Made by a program: the position numbers and the translations under genes | Source: Blastocatellia bacterium | GTDB taxonomy: Bacteria > Acidobacteriota > Blastocatellia > RBC074 | Direction of reading: 5' to 3' | NCBI GenBank assembly: GCA_043775925.1 | Contig: JAYVRW010000226.1 | Location: 52 to 64,051, forward strand | DNA: 64,000 nucleotides | The notes under the pieces: generated by a model | The model's database searches: none | Told to the model about the DNA's origin: nothing | The model's input: the letters and a program-made list of their open reading frames with translations, nothing else | Shown: one piece after another, positions 40,346-50,069 of the stretch | How positions within the stretch are numbered: the stretch's first letter is position 1 | How the letters are laid out: the number at the start of each line of letters is the position of its first letter

Positions 40346-41047
40346 ATGCGTAACCGATCCCTTATAACGCTGACCCGCTCGTGGCTGGGCATGCTGCTTA
40401 TCATCACGCTCGCTGCTTTGTTCATGGCCTGCCGCCAAGCTCCGACCAGCAACGCGGCGAAGCCGACTACGAAGACCAGTGAGTCGCCGCTTCCCACTGC
40501 CTCTCCCCTCGCGGCGAATGCGGGCGAGATACAAAAGCAACTACAGGAAGCCAACGAACATTTTACCTATCAGGGCAAACCGATTTCCCCCGGTGTGCTC
40601 AAAGATTTTGCCCTCAATGATCTGAGCGGAGATGTCCTTCCGGCAGGAGCAGTGTTGCTCGAAAAAGCGACCGATGAGCAGTACGAAATCAAGAGCGAAG
40701 GGACCGACATCAGAAAAGGCATCCAGGCCAACTTCGGTGAGATAACCCCTTTGGGACAAGAGTCCATCGGATATTCCTACCTCGGACGATTGGCCAATGG
40801 CACGCACGTTTTGCGAACTTATTACAGCGGTGGCGGGACCGGCGTTTTTATGGTGCTGATACTGGTCAATTTCGTCACGCAGCAATACATTACAGATGAA
40901 GGCATGGCGGAGCGAATCCTGATCATGGACGCCGGGCAAATCCGTCTCGGCGACCGTTACGATGGCAAAATCACCGTTGAGCCAAAGCGCATCACGATTG
41001 GCCCAGGACGCAATCACGAAGAACAGCAAGCCATCCAATTTGACTAA
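40346..41047 (+). CDS. Putative lipoprotein
   Basis: MRNRSLITLTRSWLGMLLIITLAALFMAC has a lipobox-like Cys. Confidence 0.45.
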   Translation: MRNRSLITLTRSWLGMLLIITLAALFMACRQAPTSNAAKPTTKTSESPLPTASPLAANAGEIQKQLQEANEHFTYQGKPISPGVLKDFALNDLSGDVLPAGAVLLEKATDEQYEIKSEGTDIRKGIQANFGEITPLGQESIGYSYLGRLANGTHVLRTYYSGGGTGVFMVLILVNFVTQQYITDEGMAERILIMDAGQIRLGDRYDGKITVEPKRITIGPGRNHEEQQAIQFD

Positions 41048-41078
41048 CAACGACTGATTTTCTAAATAGGAGAAAACC

Positions 41079-42002
41079 ATGACCCCATGCAGGTTACTTT
41101 ATTTTGCACTCTTGTTATCGCTGAGTAGCTTTACCTGTGCACAAGCAACGACTCCGGCAAAGTCGTCGCCGGAGTTTTCCAGCGTGTATACCACGCTTGA
41201 TCTGAAAGCCTGCCGCCCACAAGGACGGGGGTTGGATGAATCCAGCATCTATCTCTGTCAAGGCGTTGGGGCCAATAGAATTAAGGTAAACAACAATGGC
41301 TGTTGTTTTTCGTATATTTCCATCCTTCCCCTGCCTTATTCCACTGAAGGGACTGAACTCGCCTTTGAATTTCGGCAAAAGACCGGCTTTGAACGAAGTG
41401 GACGGCGCGTGGAATGGCGTGTCGCCAACGGCAAACCATTCGCGGTGATTTTGCGGCTGGATGAGACCGACGAGGCCCACTCTGCCAATGTTTTGCACCG
41501 GTGGCTGGTTGTAAAAGGCTTAAGAGGCTTTGAGAAGATGGCCTTTAAAGTGGATGCGAAGACACCGAATGCGATTACTAAAGCCAAAAAATACGCTGAT
41601 AAAACCTATTCTGATCTACTATCTCTTGTAAAGGTGCAAGAAATATCCATAAACCGCCGAAGAGCATACGCTGCGAGTGGTGCACTGGGACTATCTTATG
41701 TAAAGGTGCAAGAAAGGTCCATAAACCTGGGGGAATCTTTTAGTGTGGATTTAGTATCTTCAGCTAGTGCGGGGATTTGGTGGAAAATTATAAATTCGGG
41801 TGCCCCTTATCTGGAACATAGTATTGAACATCCTAATAGTCCGCCCATACCGAGAGATCCCCGAAGGGTCGGAGGGTCTTCTAAAACAACCCATATATTT
41901 AAGGCAATACAGAGAGGTCAAGTGGATGTGACTTTCAGCCAGGATGCTGGAGGTGAAAGGGATTACAGCAGGAGTTTAACGATTCACGTTACAGTAAAGT
42001 AA
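41079..42002 (+). CDS. Secreted hypothetical protein with an internal tandem duplication
   Basis: Signal peptide MTPCRLLYFALLLSLSSFTCAQA. A 45-bp direct repeat lies at about 41615-41660 and 41690-41735. Confidence 0.45.
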   Translation: MTPCRLLYFALLLSLSSFTCAQATTPAKSSPEFSSVYTTLDLKACRPQGRGLDESSIYLCQGVGANRIKVNNNGCCFSYISILPLPYSTEGTELAFEFRQKTGFERSGRRVEWRVANGKPFAVILRLDETDEAHSANVLHRWLVVKGLRGFEKMAFKVDAKTPNAITKAKKYADKTYSDLLSLVKVQEISINRRRAYAASGALGLSYVKVQERSINLGESFSVDLVSSASAGIWWKIINSGAPYLEHSIEHPNSPPIPRDPRRVGGSSKTTHIFKAIQRGQVDVTFSQDAGGERDYSRSLTIHVTVK

Positions 42003-42254
42003 TCTCACTCTCAATCCATCTAGCAAATGATCATGGCACCGATATCAATGAACGCAGGTTTTATACGAATAACCTTGAGAGCAGCAATTCTCCTGTCAGT
42101 TGTGGCAGCAAGTTTGACGTTGGCGCACTGTACTGACGATGCTCCAGCCAATGGAGAAGCTCGTGCCTTCGCTGATCGTGCATGCCAGAAATAACGTAGC
42201 CGTGACGTTACAACGAACTTCGGTTCATTACGGAACCTATTCCAACCAAGTACC

Positions 42255-44408
42255 ATGTCCTATAAATCAGAAAAACTCGGACAACGAATTACACAACTTC
42301 AGGATTACATCATCAGTAAAGGCGCGGCGCATCCAGTACTCAAAGAAGTACGAGATGAATTGCCCTTGTTGGCAGACACTCTCAATCGAGGAAAGCTGAC
42401 CATTCATTTGATTGCGGCGCAGGATAATTGGGCCTCGCTACTGGGGCAATATTTCAGTCAGCAGACGGCTCTGGCTGAAAGCTTCGTCACCCAAGTGGAA
42501 GATTCCCCTTGGCAACTGGCAGATTCTCAGATTGAGACACCGCCAACGATCCTGCTCCAAAATCCCGAAGCCAGTGCAAAAGGCGTCTCGAACTATCAAC
42601 TCTCGCCCGATGTGCCAATCATTGTCGGACGTGATCCTGGACGCGCGACGCTGTTGGTGACAGATCGAATTAATATGGTCAGCGGCAGCCATGCGAGTTT
42701 CAAGCGCGTCGAGTCCCCGAATAAAAAAGGCGCACCGACCGAATGGCAGGTTTGCGATAACAACAGCACCAACGGAACCTTTGTGAATGGGCAGCGCATT
42801 TTTGGTTGTCAGACGCTCGACTCCGGGGATCAAATTATCCTGGGCGGAGCGACGCCCGAAAGTAATCGCGCGGTCTTTGTCTTCGAGTACAATCCTGTGG
42901 ATCACACGGCACTCGAACAGCTTTATCAGCGGGCCAACAGTTGTGATGCGCTGATGGCCATTGTCGGCCCCGCGCAACTTGATTCCCCGGTCACGCAAGA
43001 CCTGATCGGTAAAAGCAAAGCGGGTTTGAGTAAGCTTCATCTGGTGGTTTTGGGCGAACCTGTCCTCGCCGGAATCAGTCAGAAATTACAGGCGCTGGCA
43101 CAACCTCTCAAAGTCCCGCTGGAGATTATCCCGCTCCCGCTTCCAGCGGACGCCACGATCCCTGGCAACGCAGAAGAGTTCCCGACAGAATGGCAAACCG
43201 TACTGGGCAAGATGAGCAGCGATATGGTTGCCTTCTCTGCCAGAAAAGTAGAAGACATTTTGGTCAACCGTCTAACGCTGCAACTCAATGCACAAGTGGC
43301 GCGCATTGATGGTGTCCTGATCACACAGGAAGAAACGCTGCGCCTGCAATTTGAGCGCGAAAATCAAATGCTGAATGGCATCGGGGTGGATGAGTTACGC
43401 GAACGGATGCGCGGCTTGCTGACGAAAGCCAAAGAAGACAAAGACCTCTTTTTCCGGCAGGTTCGCGTGGATTTGAACTCAGCCAAAACCTCTATCCTTG
43501 ATCCGCACGCCAAGCGTGGTATTCAAGGCAAGATCAAACAATTCACTGACGAATTGGTTCCCGCCGTCGTGGTCAAAAAAGGAATCAAGCAGGTGTTGCT
43601 GAAACCTGCGGAGAAAAGTGCCTCAGAGAATATTGACCTGATTGCCTTTCAATTCTGTCAGAAGGAGCTGGGCGAATGGGTCAATCGGGAATGGGATCGC
43701 ACGTTGACCGAATACGCTGCCGGTGGCTTGAATGGCCTTTTGCAGCGATTGTCATCCAATTTGACAGTGACGGCCTCTGTCATCAACGTGGATGCCATCA
43801 ATCAACCCATTCAGCCGCCTAATCTGACCCGCAGCTTGCAAGAATCCATCCTGGGAAAGGCCAGAGAAGAACCGTTGAATGAGGATAGTTTTGGCGGTTA
43901 CATTATGAAAAAGTTTCGCAGTACCTGGATGATGCTTGGCTCTTTAGTAGCACTCGGAGGAACGATTTTCTTACCTTTAATTAAGAGGCTCCTTCCCAAC
44001 CAGGAAAATGCCTCCAAGGGCCCGCGCGGTGATTGGTTCTCCAATCTGTTGCAATCCGCCCCCTATCTCCAAATTCCCATTTACCTTGGGTTACTATTGT
44101 TTGTGTTGTATCTTGTCCGCGATTACAAAATCAACCGAGGGCTAGCGCTGGAAGAGCTTGGGACAAAGCTCAAAACCGACTTGTGTGGCTATTACCAATC
44201 TTTTGCTAAGGACCGTATTGATCGGTTATTGCAAGAAATCCTGCTCGCGCTGGAAGCCGAAGACCAACGGCTGAAGAGCGCGATGGGGCGCATCGAAGAG
44301 CAACTCTCCGTTCAGGTCGGTGACATTCGCAAAAAATTGGACGAGATCAAAAGCCGCCAGCAATTGATGACCAAAGAACGTGGCGATTTAAAGCGGTTGG
44401 CGATCTAG
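42255..44408 (+). CDS. FHA-domain protein with a large helical C-terminal region and two transmembrane helices
   Basis: FHA core IIVGRDPGRATLLVTDRINMVSGSHASF...NSTNGTFVNGQRI...GDQIILGG. C-terminal hydrophobic helices MMLGSLVALGGTIFLPLI and IPIYLGLLLFVLYLV. Coiled-coil C-terminus. Confidence 0.6.
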   Translation: MSYKSEKLGQRITQLQDYIISKGAAHPVLKEVRDELPLLADTLNRGKLTIHLIAAQDNWASLLGQYFSQQTALAESFVTQVEDSPWQLADSQIETPPTILLQNPEASAKGVSNYQLSPDVPIIVGRDPGRATLLVTDRINMVSGSHASFKRVESPNKKGAPTEWQVCDNNSTNGTFVNGQRIFGCQTLDSGDQIILGGATPESNRAVFVFEYNPVDHTALEQLYQRANSCDALMAIVGPAQLDSPVTQDLIGKSKAGLSKLHLVVLGEPVLAGISQKLQALAQPLKVPLEIIPLPLPADATIPGNAEEFPTEWQTVLGKMSSDMVAFSARKVEDILVNRLTLQLNAQVARIDGVLITQEETLRLQFERENQMLNGIGVDELRERMRGLLTKAKEDKDLFFRQVRVDLNSAKTSILDPHAKRGIQGKIKQFTDELVPAVVVKKGIKQVLLKPAEKSASENIDLIAFQFCQKELGEWVNREWDRTLTEYAAGGLNGLLQRLSSNLTVTASVINVDAINQPIQPPNLTRSLQESILGKAREEPLNEDSFGGYIMKKFRSTWMMLGSLVALGGTIFLPLIKRLLPNQENASKGPRGDWFSNLLQSAPYLQIPIYLGLLLFVLYLVRDYKINRGLALEELGTKLKTDLCGYYQSFAKDRIDRLLQEILLALEAEDQRLKSAMGRIEEQLSVQVGDIRKKLDEIKSRQQLMTKERGDLKRLAI

Positions 44409-44456
44409 CTCTAGGGCTCGCAATTAGAAAGAACTCTCGCTCCGCAGAGGACACCT

Positions 44457-46148
44457 ATGCTATCACCAGGAACAGTGTTACAGAACCGCTTCGAGATTGT
44501 ACGTGAAATCGGACGCGGCGGGATGGGCGCGGTCTTTGAAGGCCGCGACCTGAAATTCAACGGCAGCCCTATCGCCATCAAACAATGCCTGCTCACCAGC
44601 GACCAGATGAAACAAGCCTTTTTTAAGGAAGCCTCCTTGCTGGCGCGACTGGATCATCCGTATCTGCCGGATGCGCGCGAACATTTTGTTGAAGGTGAGG
44701 GCCATTTCCTGATCATGAAATACATCGAAGGCGATGATCTGGAAAACCTCTTACTCAAACGCGGTCATCCGTTTGAGGTAGAAGAAGTGAAAGGCTGGAT
44801 GGATCAGGTACTGGATGCGCTGGTTTATATGCACGGCTTGACCCCGTTGGTAATTCATCGCGACATCAAACCGGGCAATATCAAGCTGACACCAACGGGA
44901 CACGTGAAGCTGATTGATTTTGGTTTGGCAAAAGGCGGTGGCGGGACGAGCATCGCGGGATATTCGCTGAATTACTCAGCCCCGGAACAATTACAGGAAA
45001 CGGGCAGCGATGCACGCACGGATTTGTATTCGCTGGGCGCGACGATGTACCGCCTGTTGTCAGGGCAAATTCCGAAATCCGCCTTTGAGCGCACGAATTC
45101 CCTCTTGAATGACCAACCAGACCCACTGGTGCCGTTGCATCGGCTGAATCCACGCGTCCCTGAAGCGGTCAGTCAAGTCGTCGCGCAGGCATTGGCCTTA
45201 AAGAAGAATGACCGCTTTGCTGAGGCTGCCGAAATGAAGCGTGCGTTGCGCGTGGCGGCTGAAAATAGATTGCCGGTGGTGGTGCCGGCCTACACCCCAA
45301 CCCAACTTCCAGACGCAGGATTTAGCCGCACTGTTACGCCCGATAAAGTTTCGGAACCAGCTCCTTATTCTGCCACAGAGATCAAAGGCGAAGCCACTGG
45401 AAAACCTGCTGAGTTTTCCATCACGCAAACTCCGGAAGAACCCGCGAAGCCGCCTGCCGTCAGCCGCACGGTAGCCAGGGCAGAGGAGATTGCGCCTGCC
45501 ATGCAGACAATCTCAACGCCCACCGTACAGCCCGATAGAAGCCCCTTACCTGTCAAAGAGCAAGCGAGCAAAGGGGCGGCGATGGGCAAAGTCATCGCCG
45601 CCGCCACAGGAAGCGTAGTACTAATCGGCGGCCTTGTCTTTTGGAGCCTGAAGCCCAGCCCGCAACCGATTGTTATCAACAATCAATCAACCGCCAGCCC
45701 GGCGGCTTCCCCTTCTGCGTCAAATCCAGTCGCTGAAGGTAGCGGCCACGGTACAATTCTAGGCAGCGTTACAGATCAGTCCGGCGCCGTCATATCAGGC
45801 GTACAAATCGTCTTCACAAACATCAACACGAATCTTAAATCTACTGCTGTCACTAACCCCACTGGGGCGTTTATTATGCCAGCGTTGATTGTGGGCAGCT
45901 ATAAAATGACTGTCACCCAAGATGGCTTCAAGAAATATAGTCGTAGCGGCATCGTGCTGGAAGCAGATCAGAAAGCGCAGCTCAACGTAGTACTGGAAAC
46001 TGGCGCGGTGGCTGAAAGGAAGTCACAGGACAGACAGCCTGTCACTCCCAAGCCAAAACTAAAGCAAGACGCATCGCAGGATTTAATTAATCAAATGAAC
46101 AAAACGCAGGAAGTGATTGATACGATGAAGCCGAAGAAGAAAAACTAA
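44457..46148 (+). CDS. Ser/Thr protein kinase with transmembrane segment and C-terminal carboxypeptidase-regulatory-like domain
   Basis: GRGGMGAVF...AIK...HRDIKPGNIKL...DFGLAKG catalytic motifs. Transmembrane helix VIAAATGSVVLIGGLVFW. C-terminal GTILGSVTDQSGAVISGVQIVFTN...GSYKMTVTQDGF. Confidence 0.75.
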   Translation: MLSPGTVLQNRFEIVREIGRGGMGAVFEGRDLKFNGSPIAIKQCLLTSDQMKQAFFKEASLLARLDHPYLPDAREHFVEGEGHFLIMKYIEGDDLENLLLKRGHPFEVEEVKGWMDQVLDALVYMHGLTPLVIHRDIKPGNIKLTPTGHVKLIDFGLAKGGGGTSIAGYSLNYSAPEQLQETGSDARTDLYSLGATMYRLLSGQIPKSAFERTNSLLNDQPDPLVPLHRLNPRVPEAVSQVVAQALALKKNDRFAEAAEMKRALRVAAENRLPVVVPAYTPTQLPDAGFSRTVTPDKVSEPAPYSATEIKGEATGKPAEFSITQTPEEPAKPPAVSRTVARAEEIAPAMQTISTPTVQPDRSPLPVKEQASKGAAMGKVIAAATGSVVLIGGLVFWSLKPSPQPIVINNQSTASPAASPSASNPVAEGSGHGTILGSVTDQSGAVISGVQIVFTNINTNLKSTAVTNPTGAFIMPALIVGSYKMTVTQDGFKKYSRSGIVLEADQKAQLNVVLETGAVAERKSQDRQPVTPKPKLKQDASQDLINQMNKTQEVIDTMKPKKKN

Positions 46149-46206
46149 TACATACTAAGTACACTGTAAATTAAATTTTGGAGTGAATGGGTAATTTCAA
46201 AGAAGT

Positions 46207-46668
46207 ATGAAAAAACAACCTCTAAAATTAAGCGAAGGAGACCAAAGATATTTGACGGAAATGATCAGCAAAGGTCAAGTGCAAGCGAGAAAGGTGAGAA
46301 GAGCAACAGCACTTTTGCAATTGAATCAAGGATCAACCATCCAGGCAGTAGCGGAAACGCTGCGCGTGAAGGATGGGATCGTTTCAATTTGGAGGAATAA
46401 GTACGGGGAAAGCGGGTTGGATTGTTTGCCAGACCAGCCGCGTTCGGGTCGTCCGCTGGGAATTGACGGAGAACCACGCGCCAAAATTACCGCGCTGGCT
46501 TGCGCGGCTACGCCGGAGGGTCGAGGCACCTGGAGTTTGCGATTATGGGCGGAAAAGATCGTTGAGTTGGAGTTTTGTGAAAAGATTTCACACACGCAGG
46601 TCGGCAAGATTCTGAAAAAAACAAACGACCGCCGCATTGGAAGAAAACGTGGTGTATCGGAGAGATGA
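46207..46668 (+). CDS. IS630-family transposase HTH part (OrfA)
   Basis: HTH transposase N-terminus. Overlaps the next ORF at ATGA. Confidence 0.6.
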   Translation: MKKQPLKLSEGDQRYLTEMISKGQVQARKVRRATALLQLNQGSTIQAVAETLRVKDGIVSIWRNKYGESGLDCLPDQPRSGRPLGIDGEPRAKITALACAATPEGRGTWSLRLWAEKIVELEFCEKISHTQVGKILKKTNDRRIGRKRGVSER

Positions 46669-47159
46669 ACGCGGTATTGTTATTCCGCCTGGAGCGGAGC
46701 CTGGATGTGGATGCTCGCACATATAATCCGAAAACCCCTGTCCTTTGCTATGATGAACGACCTTGTTTTCTGATTGGAGAAGCGGTGCAAGGCCTTGCAA
46801 TGAAAGCCGGGCAAGTAAAACGCGAGCCTTCCGCTTACGAGCAATTGGGTTCGTGCAGTTGATTGGAAACCATCGAACCGTTGACGGGAAAGCGGAGGGC
46901 CGAAGTTTTCGCGCAACGAAGAAAGGTCGAAGTTGCCCGGCATTTTCAAAAAGTAGCCGCCGCCTTCCCCGCCGCAGAGAGACTGACGGTAATTTTAGAT
47001 AATTTGAAGACACACAATGAAAGTTCATTGTACGAAGCGTTTTCAGCGGAGGAAGCCCAACGATTAAGTGATCAGTTCGAGTTTGTCTCCACCCCGCCAA
47101 AAGCCAGTTGGCTGAATATGACCGAGATTGAGTTTTCAGCAGTTTCACGTCTTTGTTGA
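46665..47159 (+). pseudogene. IS630-family transposase DDE part interrupted by an in-frame TGA at about 46860
   Basis: ORFs 46665-46862 and 46863-47159 are in the same frame. DDE motifs DNLKTHN...ASWLNMTEIEFS. Confidence 0.55.
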
Positions 47160-47348
47160 GACCGCAGAATTGCCAGCCAGAAAGAATTGGAAAAACAAGT
47201 CTTGGCGTTTGCCACACAACGAAGCGAAAAAGCGGTGAAAATCAATTGGCAGTTTTCGCTTGAAGCGGCGAGAACAACGCTCCACAGGCACTACAAAAAA
47301 GTAAATCCTGAAAATGAGAAATACCTTGAAACTTAATTTACAGTGTAT

Positions 47349-47582
47349 TTACTCAGTAGTATTCAAACCAAGATGAATTTTATACCACTCTTTCATTTTG
47401 TTGGGGTCTTTGCATTTAAAAAAGATGCCACCAATGCCTGTTACTTTTTTCATTTTGCTATTGTCCTTTGTTGTTATAACTGTTTTGAAAGCGAAACCAA
47501 GACAAAAAGTTGTCGCAAGTATCAGAGTTATTAATAATATTTTTTTCATTGATGTTAAGCGTAGATTGTTATCTGTTGCCAT
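47349..47582 (-). pseudogene. Truncated VOC (glyoxalase/bleomycin-resistance) family gene ending 2 nt from the IS630 TA duplication
   Basis: GIGGIFFKCKDPNKMKEWYKIHLGL is a VOC N-terminal signature. Only 77 aa. AT-rich. Confidence 0.45.
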
Positions 47583-47691
47583 CTTTTAAGCTTATCGCTA
47601 ACGAGCAGGGCTTTGTGCAAGTGGGGAAATAGAATTCCGTCAAGCCCAACTTGTACAAAACCCAGTGTTGGCTAGTAATTTGTCCACAAAA

Positions 47692-48591
47692 TTATATGTG
47701 CCAACCATAATATGCTTTAATTGCGTCGGCAAGAAGTTTGCCTGCTGCTCCAATTCCAATTGCCCAAGAACCATCTAAACCTTTGCCAACCATTTTTGCT
47801 ATCCAGCTATTGGTTTTAGTACCCAAAGTTTTGGTGTCTAAATTTGGTGTTTCTGTGTCAATTATTTCTTTCAATGACGCAATGTCTTCATCTGATACGC
47901 TGTTTCTTTTTAAGAGTTCTTGCAAGTCATCAAAGTTCCCTTGTTTAATTTGGATTGTTTTTACTGTGTTATGGTCTCCAACTATTATGGTTGTATTGTC
48001 CTCGAAAGTGGTGTGTGAGATGTCTCCAATTTTTTGATTTTTGTCCATAGATGTTTTTGTTTTTCCAATGAAGTCAGTAAGTCTTCCTGCAATATTTGAT
48101 ATGTCAAGAAGATTTACAGCCATATCTCTCGTGTCGCAATAAACTTTTTCAACAATATGGAAATCGTTATTTCCATATTCCTTATCTCTATATTCCTGAT
48201 GCCAAATTTTTCCAATCTTTTTATTTATTTCGTCTGCAACAATTGATAATCTTTGAAGCCTTTTACAATGATGCTCTCTTACTTCATTTTGAATTTCCTT
48301 TGAAACCTCTCCTAACTCTTCTTTTGCAGTTTTGTAGTGTTTTATACTGTAATTAATAATACCAATAAAACAAAAAGGTACTTTTTCATCCCAATAACTA
48401 CTATCTTCTACTTTTTTGATATTTGCTTCAATTTGGTTAATAAACTCAGTAACATTTTCTTGTTCTCGTTCTAAGTCACTTATAATGTCGTTGAAAGATT
48501 GGTGTGAGTAATCCGTCATACCACCTATTAATCCTTTTGCCATATTATTATTAGTTGTTATTGTAAAGCTCTTTATCACCCTAACTAACAT
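47692..48591 (-). CDS. Hypothetical protein encoded in the AT-rich islet (possible defence/Abi-like or toxin)
   Basis: About 30% GC versus about 57% in the flanks. Lys/Glu/Ile-rich. 137 bp downstream of a Phd/YefM antitoxin gene. Confidence 0.4.
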   Translation of the reverse strand: MLVRVIKSFTITTNNNMAKGLIGGMTDYSHQSFNDIISDLEREQENVTEFINQIEANIKKVEDSSYWDEKVPFCFIGIINYSIKHYKTAKEELGEVSKEIQNEVREHHCKRLQRLSIVADEINKKIGKIWHQEYRDKEYGNNDFHIVEKVYCDTRDMAVNLLDISNIAGRLTDFIGKTKTSMDKNQKIGDISHTTFEDNTTIIVGDHNTVKTIQIKQGNFDDLQELLKRNSVSDEDIASLKEIIDTETPNLDTKTLGTKTNSWIAKMVGKGLDGSWAIGIGAAGKLLADAIKAYYGWHI

Positions 48592-48728
48592 GAAGAAACA
48601 GTATCAATTTTTAATTGAATATAAAATTAATTTTGCCCATTTCGTTAGCCTAAGAGTTCATTGTTACTCAACAAAAAATTCGGTAAGATATTTTTTCATT
48701 CTTTGTTTGTTTTCATAAGTACGAGCCT

Positions 48729-48974
48729 TTACATTCCTTTAACTCGCGGAAACTCTTCGAGTCTGGAAACATCAATCTCAACCCCAATTAGTGGGCTGTT
48801 TCGCAATACTTCAACCAAAGTTTTTCGCTTTCCCTGTAAACGCTTCCATTCATGAATTGAAATAATTACCGCTACTTCACGGTCATGGCGTTTAATAATC
48901 TGCGGTTGACCACTTTCCGCCAAACGGACTATTTCGCTGAAACTGGCTTTGGCTTCTCGAACTGATAAACTCAT
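48729..48974 (-). CDS. Type II antitoxin, Phd/YefM family
   Basis: MSLSVREAKASFSEIVRLAESGQPQIIKRHDREVAVIISIHEW is the canonical Phd/YefM N-terminal fold signature. Confidence 0.7.
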   Translation of the reverse strand: MSLSVREAKASFSEIVRLAESGQPQIIKRHDREVAVIISIHEWKRLQGKRKTLVEVLRNSPLIGVEIDVSRLEEFPRVKGM

Positions 48975-48991
48975 ATTTTCTCTCTAATTAC

Positions 48992-49030
48992 AAAAAGCAG
49001 TCATATTTTATCTATATGGCTGCTTTTTGC
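48992..49030 (-). terminator. Rho-independent terminator downstream of the membrane-protein/HAD genes
   Basis: AAAAAGCAGTCATAT-loop-ATATGGCTGCTTTTT, flanked by A-run and T-run (bidirectional). Confidence 0.55.
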
Positions 49031-49054
49031 AATAAATGAAATGTTGTCTATTGT

Positions 49055-49270
49055 TTATTCATTAACCTTGCTCCGCGTAAACGAAGAATACACCGCCAGC
49101 GAAGCGACCAGTAAATTTGAAATCACGACGGGCATTGATCCAATCACGAAGCCATAGCTGATCCAGAGCAGTGCCGCGAACGCCTGGATCATCCGCAGCC
49201 GGACAGAATTTTTTGTGAAATACGAAGCGACGAAAATAATTGTCGCTACCCATCCGAGCAGGTCAACCAT
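49055..49270 (-). CDS. Small two-transmembrane-helix membrane protein
   Basis: Hydrophobic 71-aa ORF. Overlaps the HAD gene by 8 bp. Confidence 0.4.
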   Translation of the reverse strand: MVDLLGWVATIIFVASYFTKNSVRLRMIQAFAALLWISYGFVIGSMPVVISNLLVASLAVYSSFTRSKVNE

Positions 49271-50069
49271 TTGCCGCCTCCTGTTTATTAAATGGACTGA
49301 TCGTCAACCGATCTGTTTGCACTGTTTCCCATTCGTTGATTTGCAATCCGAAGGACGCGAAAACCTGACGGATTTCAGCATTTGTTTTTAGCCCGATGAT
49401 GTCCTGCATCACCGGAATCAGCGGGCTGAGCGCGTCTTCGCTCAGGATTGAACGTTGCGCAATCGGCGCGATATATTTGTTTTCCGAAACGGCTACGGTG
49501 AAGCCTTCATGATGATTGACGTGGAGCATGACGTGAATGTCAGAACTACCATCGCCAACGTACACAATGCGATCTGAGCTGATCTGTAATTCTTTTTGCA
49601 GGTTTTCCAACACCGCTACTTTGCCGTAGCCAGCGGGAACGCGCACAATAGATTCAATTTCTCCGGTTGTTTCGTGGTAGCGCAATTTCGTCCCGAAAAT
49701 ATTTTCAGGTGGCACGATGCCTTCCAGCGCGGAGTGAATCACTTCTTCCGGCGCGGCAGAAATTACATAGAAAATAAATTTATAGCCCTCAATACCGTCT
49801 GCAAGAATTGAGGGTAATAGCTCAATATTTTGTTTGAGACGAATTCTTTTACCTGTTTCATAAAGATGCTCTTTTCTGACGCGCCGAAATTCTGGATCGT
49901 GCAGCAGCAGGTAGGTTAATTCGCCACCTTGTTGGACTAAATTATTCTGCGACATGCCGTGAACTTTTTGTTCAAAGTTATTGGCTCCAATTAATTGACT
50001 CAGCACCAGACCGGAGTCGTTAAAGCTCAACGTTTGATCGAAATCACTGGCAAATAAATATGGTTTCAT
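49263..50069 (-). CDS. HAD-superfamily hydrolase (phosphoserine-phosphatase-like subfamily)
   Basis: Motif [10 protein letters not shown]. Motif [11 protein letters not shown]. The start is probably the internal Met (MKPYLF). Confidence 0.6.
   Translation of the reverse strand: MKPYLFASDFDQTLSFNDSGLVLSQLIGANNFEQKVHGMSQNNLVQQGGELTYLLLHDPEFRRVRKEHLYETGKRIRLKQNIELLPSILADGIEGYKFIFYVISAAPEEVIHSALEGIVPPENIFGTKLRYHETTGEIESIVRVPAGYGKVAVLENLQKELQISSDRIVYVGDGSSDIHVMLHVNHHEGFTVAVSENKYIAPIAQRSILSEDALSPLIPVMQDIIGLKTNAEIRQVFASFGLQINEWETVQTDRLTISPFNKQEAANG

Larger units (their letters stand above)
46162..47345 (+). mobile_element. IS630-family insertion sequence, 1184 bp, with terminal inverted repeats CACTGTAAATTAA(A/G)TTT and a TA target-site duplication
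   Basis: Left end ...aagTA|CACTGTAAATTAAATTTT. Right end AAACTTAATTTACAGTG|TA... Both read directly from the sequence. Confidence 0.7.

Noticed and set aside
46588-47217. 209-aa - strand ORF
   Set aside because: Antisense shadow of the IS630 transposase.
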